Source: Candidatus Methylomirabilales bacterium
Lineage (GTDB): Bacteria; Methylomirabilota; Methylomirabilia; Methylomirabilales; CSP1-5
Assembly (NCBI GenBank): GCA_046758505.1
Contig: JBHIAH010000054.1
Span: 1-17,885, forward strand
Direction: 5' to 3'
Length of the DNA stretch: 17,885 nt
The position numbers were made by a program, and so were the translations under genes. Positions 1 through 8,305 of this stretch are shown one piece after another (positions within the stretch are counted from its first letter, which is position 1; each line of letters begins with the position of its first letter). Below the pieces are notes generated by a model. That model ran no database searches. It was not told the DNA's origin and worked only from the letters and a program-made list of their open reading frames with translations.

Positions 1-46
1 CCCAGGCCGACGAGGGGCAGTCTTTTCCCTTGACGTGGTTTTTCAT
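1..46 (-). CDS. Probable 5' end of a gene downstream of the malate synthase (MKNHVKGKDCPSSAW..., runs off the window)
   Basis: Minus-strand ATG at 46-44 preceded by a purine-rich GAGAGGG SD-like tract, 33 bp after the malate synthase stop. The frame stays open to the window edge. Product not identifiable. Confidence 0.4.
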   Translation of the reverse strand, partial: MKNHVKGKDCPSSAW

Positions 47-79
47 AGGTGACCCTCTCTTCCCCTCTCTTCTTTCCAC

Positions 80-2389
80 TCAGTGAGCCGGGAAGAGGTC
101 GTACACGTAGTCGTGGGCGGCCAGGGCCTTTTTGCTCATGGTGCCCGCCTGGACGCGCTTGGCGATCTCCTCGCGGGAGAGGTCGAAGATCGCCTCGAAG
201 ATCTGCGTGTGCTCCTGGCTGTTTGCCTCCCCCGCGACGAAGAGCACGCGGGCGCTGTGCTGGATGTAGCGGGGGCAGAGGAGCTGCCGCTTGAGGAGCT
301 CCATGATGACAGGCGCCTTGGCACGGTCGAAGCGGCCCGGGTCGCCGCGGCGGTCCAGCTCGGCGAAGAACGCGTACGTCCACTCGTTGTGGCAGTCCCA
401 CAACTTCTCGAACAGCTCTTTCGTGAAGCGGGTGCCCGCCTTGACCTGGAAGGCGTTCTGGGCCGGGACGAGCCCGTCCTCGGTGAGGGCCGGGCCTTTG
501 AGGTGGCCGTCCTTCGTGATGGCGGCCCGATGATGGATGAGGGTCCAGAGCCAGGAGACGTCGATCCGGTAGGTGGCGAGGTCGTTCATGAACCTGAGGC
601 GGAGTTCGTAATCGTCGATGGCGGCCGCGAAGTTGCCGTTGAGGATCTGGAAGCCGTAGTTCGCGGCCATGTAAAAGGCGTGCTGGATGTTCTCGATCGT
701 GATGTCCCCCTTCGGCACCCCGTAGATGTCCTCCCAGAGCTTTCGCGTGAAGAGCTTGTCCGGCGTGTCGTGCATGTCCTTCGTGATGACCCAGGGCGTG
801 ATCTTGCCTTGCGCGTTCAGCAGGCCGCGGGATTGGAGGAGGGACCGCTCCGCGTCGCTGAGACCGCTGGCGACCGTCGGCATCGGTTTGCCCTTCACGT
901 CCACGGTCTCGAGCGGCGCATCGACGAGGGCCTGGAGCTGCGTCACCGGCGCCTGGAGGGGTCCGTTGCCTGCGGCGACGTAGGCCGGCTCCGGGCTGGC
1001 GACCCAGCTCTGCCGATAGGCATCGTAGAGGCGTCCCCTGACCCGGCCGGAGAGGATCTCTTCCAGGGTGGGCTGCTGCCCGGCGGGGAGGGGTCCGTCG
1101 GGCACGAACATGAGGCCCAGCAGACGCTCTCTGAGCTTGTCGATGACAATGGCGCGGAGCGCGAGCGGGTTGTACCTGGCGCGGCCGTACGGGTCGGCCT
1201 GCTGGTAGATCATGACCGCGGCCATGCCGCCGATGGGGCCCCCATGGCTGAGCTCGCCGTTCTTCATGCCGGCCATGAGCATCATCAGCGCGTTGTACCG
1301 CTGGTACGCGATCATGTTCGGCGAGGCCATGCCGATCGACTGCGGATCCGGAAAGACGCCCTGCGGGTCGTCCTTCCACATCTCGATGAGGCTGCCCAGG
1401 TAGTCCCAGCGGCCGACGTTCGTCCCCAGGAGCCGGCGCCGCAGCACCCAGACGATCGCGGGCAGGAACCGGCCCGCGTTGCCCTCCTCATACAGGATCT
1501 TGATCTTGAAGGTCCCCGGCCGCACGCCGATCGCCTCCTCCACCCGCACCAGGAGCTTCTCGAGAATCAGGGCCTCCTGCGGGGTCTGGATCTTCGGGAT
1601 GTAGTAGTACACGCCGGTGCCGGCGCGCGTGAGGGCGTCATAGGTGTTGACGGCCCAGAGGATGGTGATGGGGATCATGGCGGGCGCAGGCCGGCCGTCC
1701 ACCGTGATGTGGTCGTACTGCAGGTGCATCCCGGGAGGCCGGGCGAACCGGGTCGGCCACTCGGCCGGGGACTGCTTGATCCGGTACACGCGAGGCTGGC
1801 CTTTTTTCACCACCTCGTAGGGACGGTCGGCCCAGCGGCCCTCCAGAATGTCTTTGGCGTTCTGCATGGCTGCGAAGACCCCGATGGGCTGATCCTTCGG
1901 CGTGCCGTCGGGCTGGAAGTGAGGGGGCGAGGCGTCCTCGAAGTCCGGCATGTTTATGGGCGCCGCGCTGTTCAAGGCGTTGAAGGCCATGTCGAGCGGA
2001 TGCCACGGGCCCGTGAGTTCCAGGCCGGGGTTCGTCAACGGATGGGCGTCCTTCGGGATGGGCACCTCGTCGTTGAGGCGCCAGCGCCACTGGCTGTCCC
2101 GGCCGAGGAAGTTGTCGATCATGCCCTGGACGATCTGGTGAAAGGTCCAGGGCTTCCCCGTCACGGGGTCGTCGAAGGTGTCGTCCCACTTCGGCCAGGC
2201 GTATTTCTCCCTGACCGGCGCGGAGGATGCGAGGAGCTCCCGGCGCGCGGTGAGGACCTTCGCGATCTCGGGAGCCAGCTCGCGGGTGAGCGCGACGATC
2301 AGCTGTTCGACGTCGACTTCCCGGCCGTTGACTTTCTTGGTCCCGAAGAGCTCCGGAAAGGTTTGGGCGATGTCCTTGCGGATGATCAT
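80..2389 (-). CDS. Malate synthase family protein, long divergent type (769 aa)
   Basis: Motifs collinear with malate synthase A: ELTGP, PDFEDA, ARPPGMH, YYYIPKIQTPQEA, KIKILYE, NVGRWDYLGSLI, GGMAA, DKLRE, SWVASP, MNDLATYRI...WTLIHH. GAGGAGG SD upstream of the ATG on the minus strand. Confidence 0.85.
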   Translation of the reverse strand: MIIRKDIAQTFPELFGTKKVNGREVDVEQLIVALTRELAPEIAKVLTARRELLASSAPVREKYAWPKWDDTFDDPVTGKPWTFHQIVQGMIDNFLGRDSQWRWRLNDEVPIPKDAHPLTNPGLELTGPWHPLDMAFNALNSAAPINMPDFEDASPPHFQPDGTPKDQPIGVFAAMQNAKDILEGRWADRPYEVVKKGQPRVYRIKQSPAEWPTRFARPPGMHLQYDHITVDGRPAPAMIPITILWAVNTYDALTRAGTGVYYYIPKIQTPQEALILEKLLVRVEEAIGVRPGTFKIKILYEEGNAGRFLPAIVWVLRRRLLGTNVGRWDYLGSLIEMWKDDPQGVFPDPQSIGMASPNMIAYQRYNALMMLMAGMKNGELSHGGPIGGMAAVMIYQQADPYGRARYNPLALRAIVIDKLRERLLGLMFVPDGPLPAGQQPTLEEILSGRVRGRLYDAYRQSWVASPEPAYVAAGNGPLQAPVTQLQALVDAPLETVDVKGKPMPTVASGLSDAERSLLQSRGLLNAQGKITPWVITKDMHDTPDKLFTRKLWEDIYGVPKGDITIENIQHAFYMAANYGFQILNGNFAAAIDDYELRLRFMNDLATYRIDVSWLWTLIHHRAAITKDGHLKGPALTEDGLVPAQNAFQVKAGTRFTKELFEKLWDCHNEWTYAFFAELDRRGDPGRFDRAKAPVIMELLKRQLLCPRYIQHSARVLFVAGEANSQEHTQIFEAIFDLSREEIAKRVQAGTMSKKALAAHDYVYDLFPAH

Positions 2390-2506
2390 GGCCTCGGCCT
2401 CCTCAGCATGTCTCTGTGGGCATGCCTATCGTCGAGCCCCCGGGCCACCTGGACCTGGCTGCCGTGCGGGCCCTTCCTCGATGCTTCCGGCGGCGGAAGT
2501 GTGCAG

Positions 2507-2615
2507 ATGCTACAGGAGGATGAAGCGCCAGTCAAGGGGGCGATCGTGACGGGCGCGGGCCGCGGCATCGGCCGCGCCGCGGCGCTCGCGTATGCATGGG
2601 AGGGTGCGAGTCTGG
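2507..2615 (+). pseudogene. Truncated short-chain dehydrogenase/reductase (SDR) N-terminal remnant
   Basis: Translates as KGAIVTGAGRGIGRAAALAYAWEGA, the classical SDR TGxxxGIG Rossmann motif plus following helix. Similarity ends abruptly and the frame stops at 2695. Confidence 0.65.
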
Positions 2616-2691
2616 GGTCAGCGGCTCTCCGGGGTGGCGTCACACTGACCGTCGAGACTCCCGCGTTCCCAGCCCACTTCCTACTTTCCCT

Positions 2692-2721
2692 TTGACAGAG
2701 GGTGTGGGTGTGTGCTAACTA
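2692..2721 (+). promoter_or_regulatory. Putative sigma70 promoter for the lysA operon
   Basis: Perfect TTGACA at 2692-2697 and an imperfect TG-extended -10 (TGCTAACTA) 17-18 bp downstream, about 80 bp before lysA. Confidence 0.4.
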
Positions 2722-2802
2722 AGGGGAAACAAGGGTTTTGCTCCGACGTACGCCTCCCTTCCTGAGACTGACCGGGTCCCGCCGCGCAGGAGGCATTCAC
2801 CG

Positions 2803-4059
2803 ATGCATCACTTCCAGTTCCGGGGTGAGGACCTGTACTGTGAAGAGGTCCCCGTCGCGGCCGTTGCCGAGGAGGTCGGGACTCCTTTTTATCTGTATAG
2901 CCACGCCACGCTTTCCCGCCATTTTCGGGTCTTCGACGAGGCGTTCCAGGACATTCCCCACCTGATCTGCTTTGCCGCCAAGGCCAACGCCAACCTCGCC
3001 ATCCTGGGGCTCTTCGCCACCATGGGAGGGGGAGCGGACGTGGTCTCGGGTGGAGAGCTCTTTCGGGCGCTTCGTGCCGGGATTTCGCCCCAGCGGATCG
3101 TCTTTGCCGGGGTTGGAAAGAGCCGACAAGAGATGGTGGAGGCGCTCAAGGCGGATATCCTCATGTTCAATGTAGAGTCCTCGCAGGAGCTTTCGCGGCT
3201 CAGTCAGGTGGCGGGAGAGGTGGGGACGGTGGCCCGGGTGGCCCTCCGGGTGAACCCCGATGTGGATCCCAAGACGCATCCATACATCTCCACCGGCCTC
3301 AAAAAGAGCAAGTTCGGCATCGACATCTCGATCGCCCTGGAAGAGTACCAGTTGGCCCAGACCCTGCCGCACATCGCCATCGTCGGAATCCATCAACATA
3401 TCGGCTCGCAGATCACCGCGGTCAGCCCCTTTGTGGATGGGCTGGCCCGTGTTGCCGAGTTGGTCGGTGAGCTTCGCACGCGGGGAATCGATATTCGATA
3501 TCTCGATATGGGGGGAGGCCTCGGGATCCCGTACGGTGACGAGACCCCTCCACACCCCACCGAGATGGCCCAGGCAGTCACCCCGATCCTGAGGGGTCTT
3601 GGGTGTACCATTATCTTTGAGCCGGGGCGGGTCATCGCGGGGAATGCCGGAATCCTGGTGACCGGCGTGCTCTATACGAAACGGAGCCCGATGAAGGAGT
3701 TTGTCATCGTGGACGCAGGGATGAACGACCTGATCCGGCCCAGCCTGTACGGCTCCTTCCACGCCCTTCAGCCCGTCCGGCGGCAGGAGGGGCGAGAGCC
3801 CATCACCGTGGATGTTGTCGGGCCGATCTGCGAATCGGGAGACTTCTTGGCGAAAGATCGGGAGATCCCCCGCGTGGAGCCAGGGGAACTGCTGGCCGTG
3901 ATGAGCGCCGGGGCCTACGGGTTTACCATGGCCTCCAACTATAATGCCCGACCCAAGGCGGCCGAAGTCCTGGTTAAGGGGAAGTCCCACTTCCTCATCC
4001 GCGCGCGGGAGAGCTATGAGGATCTCGTCCGGGGCGAAGAGATCCCCGACGATCTATAG
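2803..4059 (+). CDS. lysA: Diaminopimelate decarboxylase
   Basis: GTPFYLYS, FAAKAN (PLP lysine), HIGSQ, DMGGGLG, EPGR, GPICESGD, GAYGFTMASNYN. AGGAGG SD. Confidence 0.97.
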   Translation: MHHFQFRGEDLYCEEVPVAAVAEEVGTPFYLYSHATLSRHFRVFDEAFQDIPHLICFAAKANANLAILGLFATMGGGADVVSGGELFRALRAGISPQRIVFAGVGKSRQEMVEALKADILMFNVESSQELSRLSQVAGEVGTVARVALRVNPDVDPKTHPYISTGLKKSKFGIDISIALEEYQLAQTLPHIAIVGIHQHIGSQITAVSPFVDGLARVAELVGELRTRGIDIRYLDMGGGLGIPYGDETPPHPTEMAQAVTPILRGLGCTIIFEPGRVIAGNAGILVTGVLYTKRSPMKEFVIVDAGMNDLIRPSLYGSFHALQPVRRQEGREPITVDVVGPICESGDFLAKDREIPRVEPGELLAVMSAGAYGFTMASNYNARPKAAEVLVKGKSHFLIRARESYEDLVRGEEIPDDL

Positions 4060-4278
4060 AGCGATGACCGTGCACCGAGAGCTCGGAGGGACCTTCCTCG
4101 GCAGCGCCAAATTTTCCGAGGACTTAATGCGCAGAGGCAACGTTACGCATGCTGAGGCGTTGTAATTCGCTAGTGCGGGCCACCCCCGCCTGCGCTACGC
4201 TCCGGCGGCGGGACCCCGGCCGACGCAAGCCAGATGTCGCCTGCCTCGGAAGGGACGCCCTCCTCGCTCTTGGCGCCG

Positions 4279-4320
4279 TCGGACATTGTACTTTGGACGT
4301 TGGACCTTGGACCCTAAACA
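4279..4320 (+). repeat. Degenerate 7-bp tandem repeat (TTGGACC family)
   Basis: tcggaca ttgtact ttggacg ttggacc ttggacc ctaaaca, directly before the dapA SD. Confidence 0.75.
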
Positions 4321-4336
4321 GATGGAGGGGAGCGCG

Positions 4337-5221
4337 ATGAAAAAGAGTTTTCAGGGTTCCATGGTGGCGCTGGTTACCCCCTTTCGCGACGGGAAGGTCG
4401 ATGAGGCCAAGCTCCGCGAGCTGGTGGAGTTTCAGGTCAAGAACGGAACCGATGCCATCGTTCCCTGCGGGACCACCGGCGAGTCCCCCACGCTGAACCA
4501 TGAGGAACATCGGCGGGTCGTGGAAGTCACCATTGAGGCGGCTGCGGGCCGGATCCCGGTGGTGGCCGGGACCGGCTCCAACTCCACCGCCGAGGCCATC
4601 GCGTTGACTGAGCACGCGAAACAGGCGGGGGCGGACGGGGTCCTGATGGTCTGCCCTTATTACAACAAGCCGACGCAGAAGGGCCTCGTCGCACACTACA
4701 CGGCGGTGGCGGAAGCGGTGGACATCCCGATCATCCTGTATAATATCCCGGGCCGGACCGGGGTCAACATGCTTCCCGAGACGGTGGCCACTCTGGCGGA
4801 GCTCAAAAATATCGTGGGGATCAAAGAGGCCAGTGGGTCATTGGAGCAGATGACCGAGGTGATCACCCGCTGCGGCGGTCGGATCACGGTCGTCTCTGGC
4901 GATGATACGCTGACCCTCCCCCTGATGGCCGTCGGGGGCGAGGGCGTGATCTCGGTCATTGCCAACATCCTGCCAAAGGAGTCAGCAGACTTGACCCGGG
5001 CGGCGTTAAACGGAGACTGGAAGCGGGCAAAGGAATTGCACCTCCGCACGTTTCCCCTCTGCAAGGCCATGTTCTACGAGACCAATCCGATCCCGGTGAA
5101 GACCGCCATGCAGCTCTTGGGGAGGCTGAACGGGGAGCTCAGGCTGCCCCTCGCGCCGATGTCCGAGGCCAACCGGGAGAAGTTGCAGAAGGCGATGAAG
5201 GCGTACGGCCTCCTGTCGTGA
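4337..5221 (+). CDS. dapA: 4-hydroxy-tetrahydrodipicolinate synthase
   Basis: ALVTPF, GTTGESPTL, PYYNKP, LYNIPGRT, GIKEASG, SGDD, ETNPIPVK. Start placed at ATG 4337 after GGAGGGG. Confidence 0.97.
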   Translation: MKKSFQGSMVALVTPFRDGKVDEAKLRELVEFQVKNGTDAIVPCGTTGESPTLNHEEHRRVVEVTIEAAAGRIPVVAGTGSNSTAEAIALTEHAKQAGADGVLMVCPYYNKPTQKGLVAHYTAVAEAVDIPIILYNIPGRTGVNMLPETVATLAELKNIVGIKEASGSLEQMTEVITRCGGRITVVSGDDTLTLPLMAVGGEGVISVIANILPKESADLTRAALNGDWKRAKELHLRTFPLCKAMFYETNPIPVKTAMQLLGRLNGELRLPLAPMSEANREKLQKAMKAYGLLS

Positions 5222-5265
5222 TCTGATCCAACGCGCGGGCCGTTGCCTGCGGAATCGGTCCATTA

Positions 5266-5300
5266 CTGATTGCGGACGGCTGATTGCTGACTGCTGACCG
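5266..5300 (+). repeat. Degenerate 7-bp tandem repeat (CTGAYYG family)
   Basis: ctgattg cggacgg ctgattg ctgactg ctgaccg in the dapA-dapB spacer. Confidence 0.75.
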
Positions 5301-5315
5301 CGGGGTGGGGTGACG

Positions 5316-6119
5316 ATGATCCGGGTCATTGTGACCGGGGCTGCCGGAAGGATGGGGGGGCGTGTCCTTGCCCTCGCGAAAGAGGCGGGGGACCTTCGGG
5401 TCGTCGGGGCGACGGAGCGCGCTGGCCATCCCGCCATCGGCCGGGATGCCGGGGAGGTGGCCGGCATCGGACCCGTGGGGGTGGAGGTTGCCGGCGACCT
5501 GGCTACGATCATCACTGCGGCCGATGTCGTGATCGACTTTACGGCGCCGGAGGCCTCCATGGCCCATTTCCGGACGGCGAGCGAGGCGGGCGTCCCGATC
5601 GTGGTGGGAACCACCGGCTTGAGCAAGGCGCAGCTGGAGGAGGCGCAGCGCCTCGCGGGCAACATGGCCTGTGTGATTTCCCCCAACATGAGCGTGGGGG
5701 TCAATGTCCTGTTCAGGGTGCTCAAGGACGTGGCCCGCAGCCTGGGGGACGATTATGATGTGGAGATCGTCGAAGCCCATCATCACTTCAAGAAGGATGC
5801 TCCCTCCGGCACCGCCCTCAGGATGGCCCAGGTCGTTGCCGAGGCATTGGGTCGAAATTTGGAGCAGGTGGGGATCTATGGCCGGAAGGGGATTGTGGGG
5901 GAGCGGCCCAAGGCCGAAATCGGCGTCCATACCGTCCGGGCAGGAGATATCGTAGGGGAGCACACCGTGCTCTTCGGCGGGATGGGGGAGCGGATCGAGA
6001 TCGTTCACCGGGCCCACAGCCGGGATAACTTTGCCCGGGGGGCGCTGCGCGCGGCTCGGTTCGCAGCGCAGGCGCCGAAGGGGTTGTATGATATGGGGGA
6101 CGTCCTCGCCCTCAAATAA
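5316..6119 (+). CDS. dapB: 4-hydroxy-tetrahydrodipicolinate reductase
   Basis: GAAGRMG, IDFT, VGTTG, PNMSVG, EAHHHFKKDAPSGTA, RAGDIVGEH, FARGA. Start ATG 5316 (alternative GTG 5310). Confidence 0.97.
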   Translation: MIRVIVTGAAGRMGGRVLALAKEAGDLRVVGATERAGHPAIGRDAGEVAGIGPVGVEVAGDLATIITAADVVIDFTAPEASMAHFRTASEAGVPIVVGTTGLSKAQLEEAQRLAGNMACVISPNMSVGVNVLFRVLKDVARSLGDDYDVEIVEAHHHFKKDAPSGTALRMAQVVAEALGRNLEQVGIYGRKGIVGERPKAEIGVHTVRAGDIVGEHTVLFGGMGERIEIVHRAHSRDNFARGALRAARFAAQAPKGLYDMGDVLALK

Positions 6120-6122
6120 GGG

Positions 6123-6202
6123 CCATCGATGATCAGCGATCCGCCGCTCCCGTTTCCGGGCTGCTCGTGGACGGCTGATGGCTGACGGGTGAAGGGTGGA
6201 GA
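6123..6202 (+). repeat. Degenerate heptamer tract (CTGAYGG type) with partly inverted left arm
   Basis: Right arm tggacgg ctgatgg ctgacgg gtgaagg (6168-6195). Left arm ccatcga tgatcag cgatccg resembles the reverse complement. Confidence 0.55.
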
Positions 6203-6212
6203 GGGGGGTCTC

Positions 6213-6974
6213 ATGCGGATTGTCCGGTTTCGGGGTGGTCGGGAGGCCAGGTACGGGGTGGTCGAGGAGGACACCGTTCGGGAGATCGCCGGAGATGTTT
6301 TTGGCCGGTTCCGCATGACCCGCAAGAAGCATCCCCTCAAGCGCATTCGGTTCCTCCCCCCGACCGAGCCCAGCAAGATCGTGGCCGTCGGGCTCAACTA
6401 CCGGGATCACGCGGCCGAACTGGGATTTGAACTTCCCGACGAGCCGGTCATCTTCATCAAGCCCGGTACGACGGTCCTCCCCCACCTTGGAAAGATCCTC
6501 TATCCCAAGGTTTCGAATCGCCTGGACTATGAGGCCGAGCTGGCCATCGTCATTGGACGGTACGCGCGGGAAGTCCCCCCCAAAAAAGCTGCCAGGGTCA
6601 TCCTGGGGTACACGTGCTTCAATGACGTGACCGCTCGGGACCTGCAGCGCAAGGACGGCCAGTGGACCCGGGCAAAGTCCTTCGACACCTTTGCCCCCGT
6701 GGGCCCCTGGGTGGATACCGCCCTGGATACCCACAATGCGCCGATCCGGGCATATCTGAATGGAGATCTCAGGCAGAGCTCCAACACGGCCAACTTTATC
6801 TTTGACGTCCCGTACATGGTGAGCTTTATCACGAACGTGATGCCGCTGTTTCCGGGAGATATTATCGCCACGGGGACCCCGTCGGGTATCGGCCCGATGA
6901 AGCCGGGGGACACGATCGAGATCGAGATCGAGGGAATCGGTCGTCTCCGGAATACAGTCACTCGCAAGCCCTAG
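6213..6974 (+). CDS. Fumarylacetoacetate hydrolase (FAH) family protein
   Basis: PSKIVAVGLNYRDHA, PVIFIKP, DYEAELAIVIG, GYTCFNDVTARD, AKSFDTF, GDIIATGTPSG. ATG 6213 after GAGGGGGG. Confidence 0.92.
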   Translation: MRIVRFRGGREARYGVVEEDTVREIAGDVFGRFRMTRKKHPLKRIRFLPPTEPSKIVAVGLNYRDHAAELGFELPDEPVIFIKPGTTVLPHLGKILYPKVSNRLDYEAELAIVIGRYAREVPPKKAARVILGYTCFNDVTARDLQRKDGQWTRAKSFDTFAPVGPWVDTALDTHNAPIRAYLNGDLRQSSNTANFIFDVPYMVSFITNVMPLFPGDIIATGTPSGIGPMKPGDTIEIEIEGIGRLRNTVTRKP

Positions 6975-6989
6975 GAGGTGGACGGCCCG

Positions 6990-8162
6990 ATGGAGAGAGG
7001 GTTTTCATACGCCACGAGACTGAGACAGCTCCCCCCCTATCTCTTCGCGGAGATCGATCGTCTCAGGCAAGGCGCGGTCGAGCGGGGACTGGACATTATC
7101 GACTTGGGGGTCGGGGATCCGGATCTTCCCACCCCTCCCCATATCGTGAACCGGATGGCTGAGGCCAGCCGAGACCCTGGGAATCACCGGTATCCGTCGT
7201 ACGATGGCCTGCTGGCATTCCGGAGCGCGGTGGCTGAATGGTATCGCGGCCGCTTCGGGGTGGTCCTCGATCCGGCGACGGAGGTCCTGACGCTCATCGG
7301 GAGCAAGGAGGGGATCGGCCATCTCCCGTTGGCCTTCATCGATCCTGGGGATGTGGTGCTGATCCCCGATCCCGGCTATCCGGTGTATCAGGCGGGGGCC
7401 GTCTTCGCGGGTGGGATCCCCCACGCGCTCCCCCTCTACCCTTCGAACGGCTTCCTGCCGGACCTGGAGAGTATTCCGCTGGACGTGCTCCGAAAGGCGA
7501 AGATGCTCTTCCTGAATTACCCCAACAACCCCACTGCGGCTGTCGCCCCCGAAGAGTTCCTGGTTCAGGCAGTCACCTTTGCCCGGAGGAACCACCTGAT
7601 CCTCTGCCACGATGTCGCGTACTCCGAGATCGCGTTTGACGGTTTCCGCCCCGCGTCTCTTCTGGATGTCGAGGGGGCCAGGGAGGTCGCCATCGAGTAT
7701 CACTCGCTTTCCAAAACCTACAACATGACCGGATGGCGGATCGGGTTTGCCGTGGGGAGTGCCGAGATCCTGGCGGGGCTTGGCCGGATCAAGACCAATC
7801 TCGATTCCGGGGTGTTCCAGGCGATCCAGCACGCGGGGATCGAAGCGCTCGGGGGTCCCCAGGACTGCGTGGCGGCGCACTGCAAGGTGTATCAGGAGCG
7901 ACGGGATGTCCTCGTGGAAGGCCTGAACGGTCTCGGGTGGAACGTGACTAAGCCTCGGGCCACGTTCTACGTCTGGATCCCGACCCTCCCGGGGTATAGC
8001 TCGGCGGAACTCACTGAGCGGCTCCTCGGGGAGGCCGGGATCGTGACGACGCCGGGTGTCGGGTTCGGGGCCCACGGTGAAGGATTTATCCGGGCGGCGC
8101 TCACCGTTGCAGTAGACCGAATTCGGGAAGCGGTAGAGCGCATCGGCAAGATGAGTTTTTAA
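6990..8162 (+). CDS. dapL: LL-diaminopimelate aminotransferase (class I/II PLP aminotransferase)
   Basis: LPPYLFAEID, DLGVGDPD, LIGSKEGI, NYPNNPT, DVAYSE, SLSKTYNMTGWRIG, KTNLDSG. Specificity inferred from dap operon context. ATG 6990 follows GGAGGTG. Confidence 0.85.
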   Translation: MERGFSYATRLRQLPPYLFAEIDRLRQGAVERGLDIIDLGVGDPDLPTPPHIVNRMAEASRDPGNHRYPSYDGLLAFRSAVAEWYRGRFGVVLDPATEVLTLIGSKEGIGHLPLAFIDPGDVVLIPDPGYPVYQAGAVFAGGIPHALPLYPSNGFLPDLESIPLDVLRKAKMLFLNYPNNPTAAVAPEEFLVQAVTFARRNHLILCHDVAYSEIAFDGFRPASLLDVEGAREVAIEYHSLSKTYNMTGWRIGFAVGSAEILAGLGRIKTNLDSGVFQAIQHAGIEALGGPQDCVAAHCKVYQERRDVLVEGLNGLGWNVTKPRATFYVWIPTLPGYSSAELTERLLGEAGIVTTPGVGFGAHGEGFIRAALTVAVDRIREAVERIGKMSF

Positions 8163-8190
8163 CGGAGCGCTGACCGACGACCGCAGACAG
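8163..8190 (+). repeat. Short heptamer tract (CTGACCG-like)
   Basis: cggagcg ctgaccg acgaccg cagacag immediately after the dapL stop. Confidence 0.5.
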
Positions 8191-8204
8191 GAAAAACCGT
8201 TGAC

Positions 8205-8290
8205 GGTTCATGGATTAGGGACCCGGCTTTGGCCATGAACCATGAACCATCAACCATGAACCCCGTGCCACGAACCATGAACTCTGAACC
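8205..8290 (+). repeat. Palindromic heptamer element, copy 1
   Basis: ggttcatgg + attagggacccggctttgg + 8 units ccatgaa/ccatgaa/ccatcaa/ccatgaa/ccccgtg/ccacgaa/ccatgaa/ctctgaa. Confidence 0.85.
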
Positions 8291-8305
8291 CGACGGGGGT
8301 TCACG

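Noticed and set aside
53..80. Pyrimidine-rich ccctctctt duplication
   Set aside because: Short and low complexity; explained as the SD-containing spacer for the downstream minus-strand gene.
83..2695. 870-aa plus-strand ORF and other long antisense ORFs (2797-3990, 5139-6734, 9958-12276, 16305-17687)
   Set aside because: Shadow frames of well-supported genes in high-GC DNA with no recognisable motifs, apart from the SDR stump reported separately.
4060..4336. Lysine riboswitch in the lysA-dapA spacer
   Set aside because: An AGAGG is present, but the expected AGUA, GAAAGG, GCCGAA and CUGUC elements are not found in order.
2803..8162. Absence of dapF from the dap cluster as a sign of a novel pathway
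   Set aside because: dapF is often unlinked, and one window cannot show absence from the genome. MurE has the ordinary DNPR motif.
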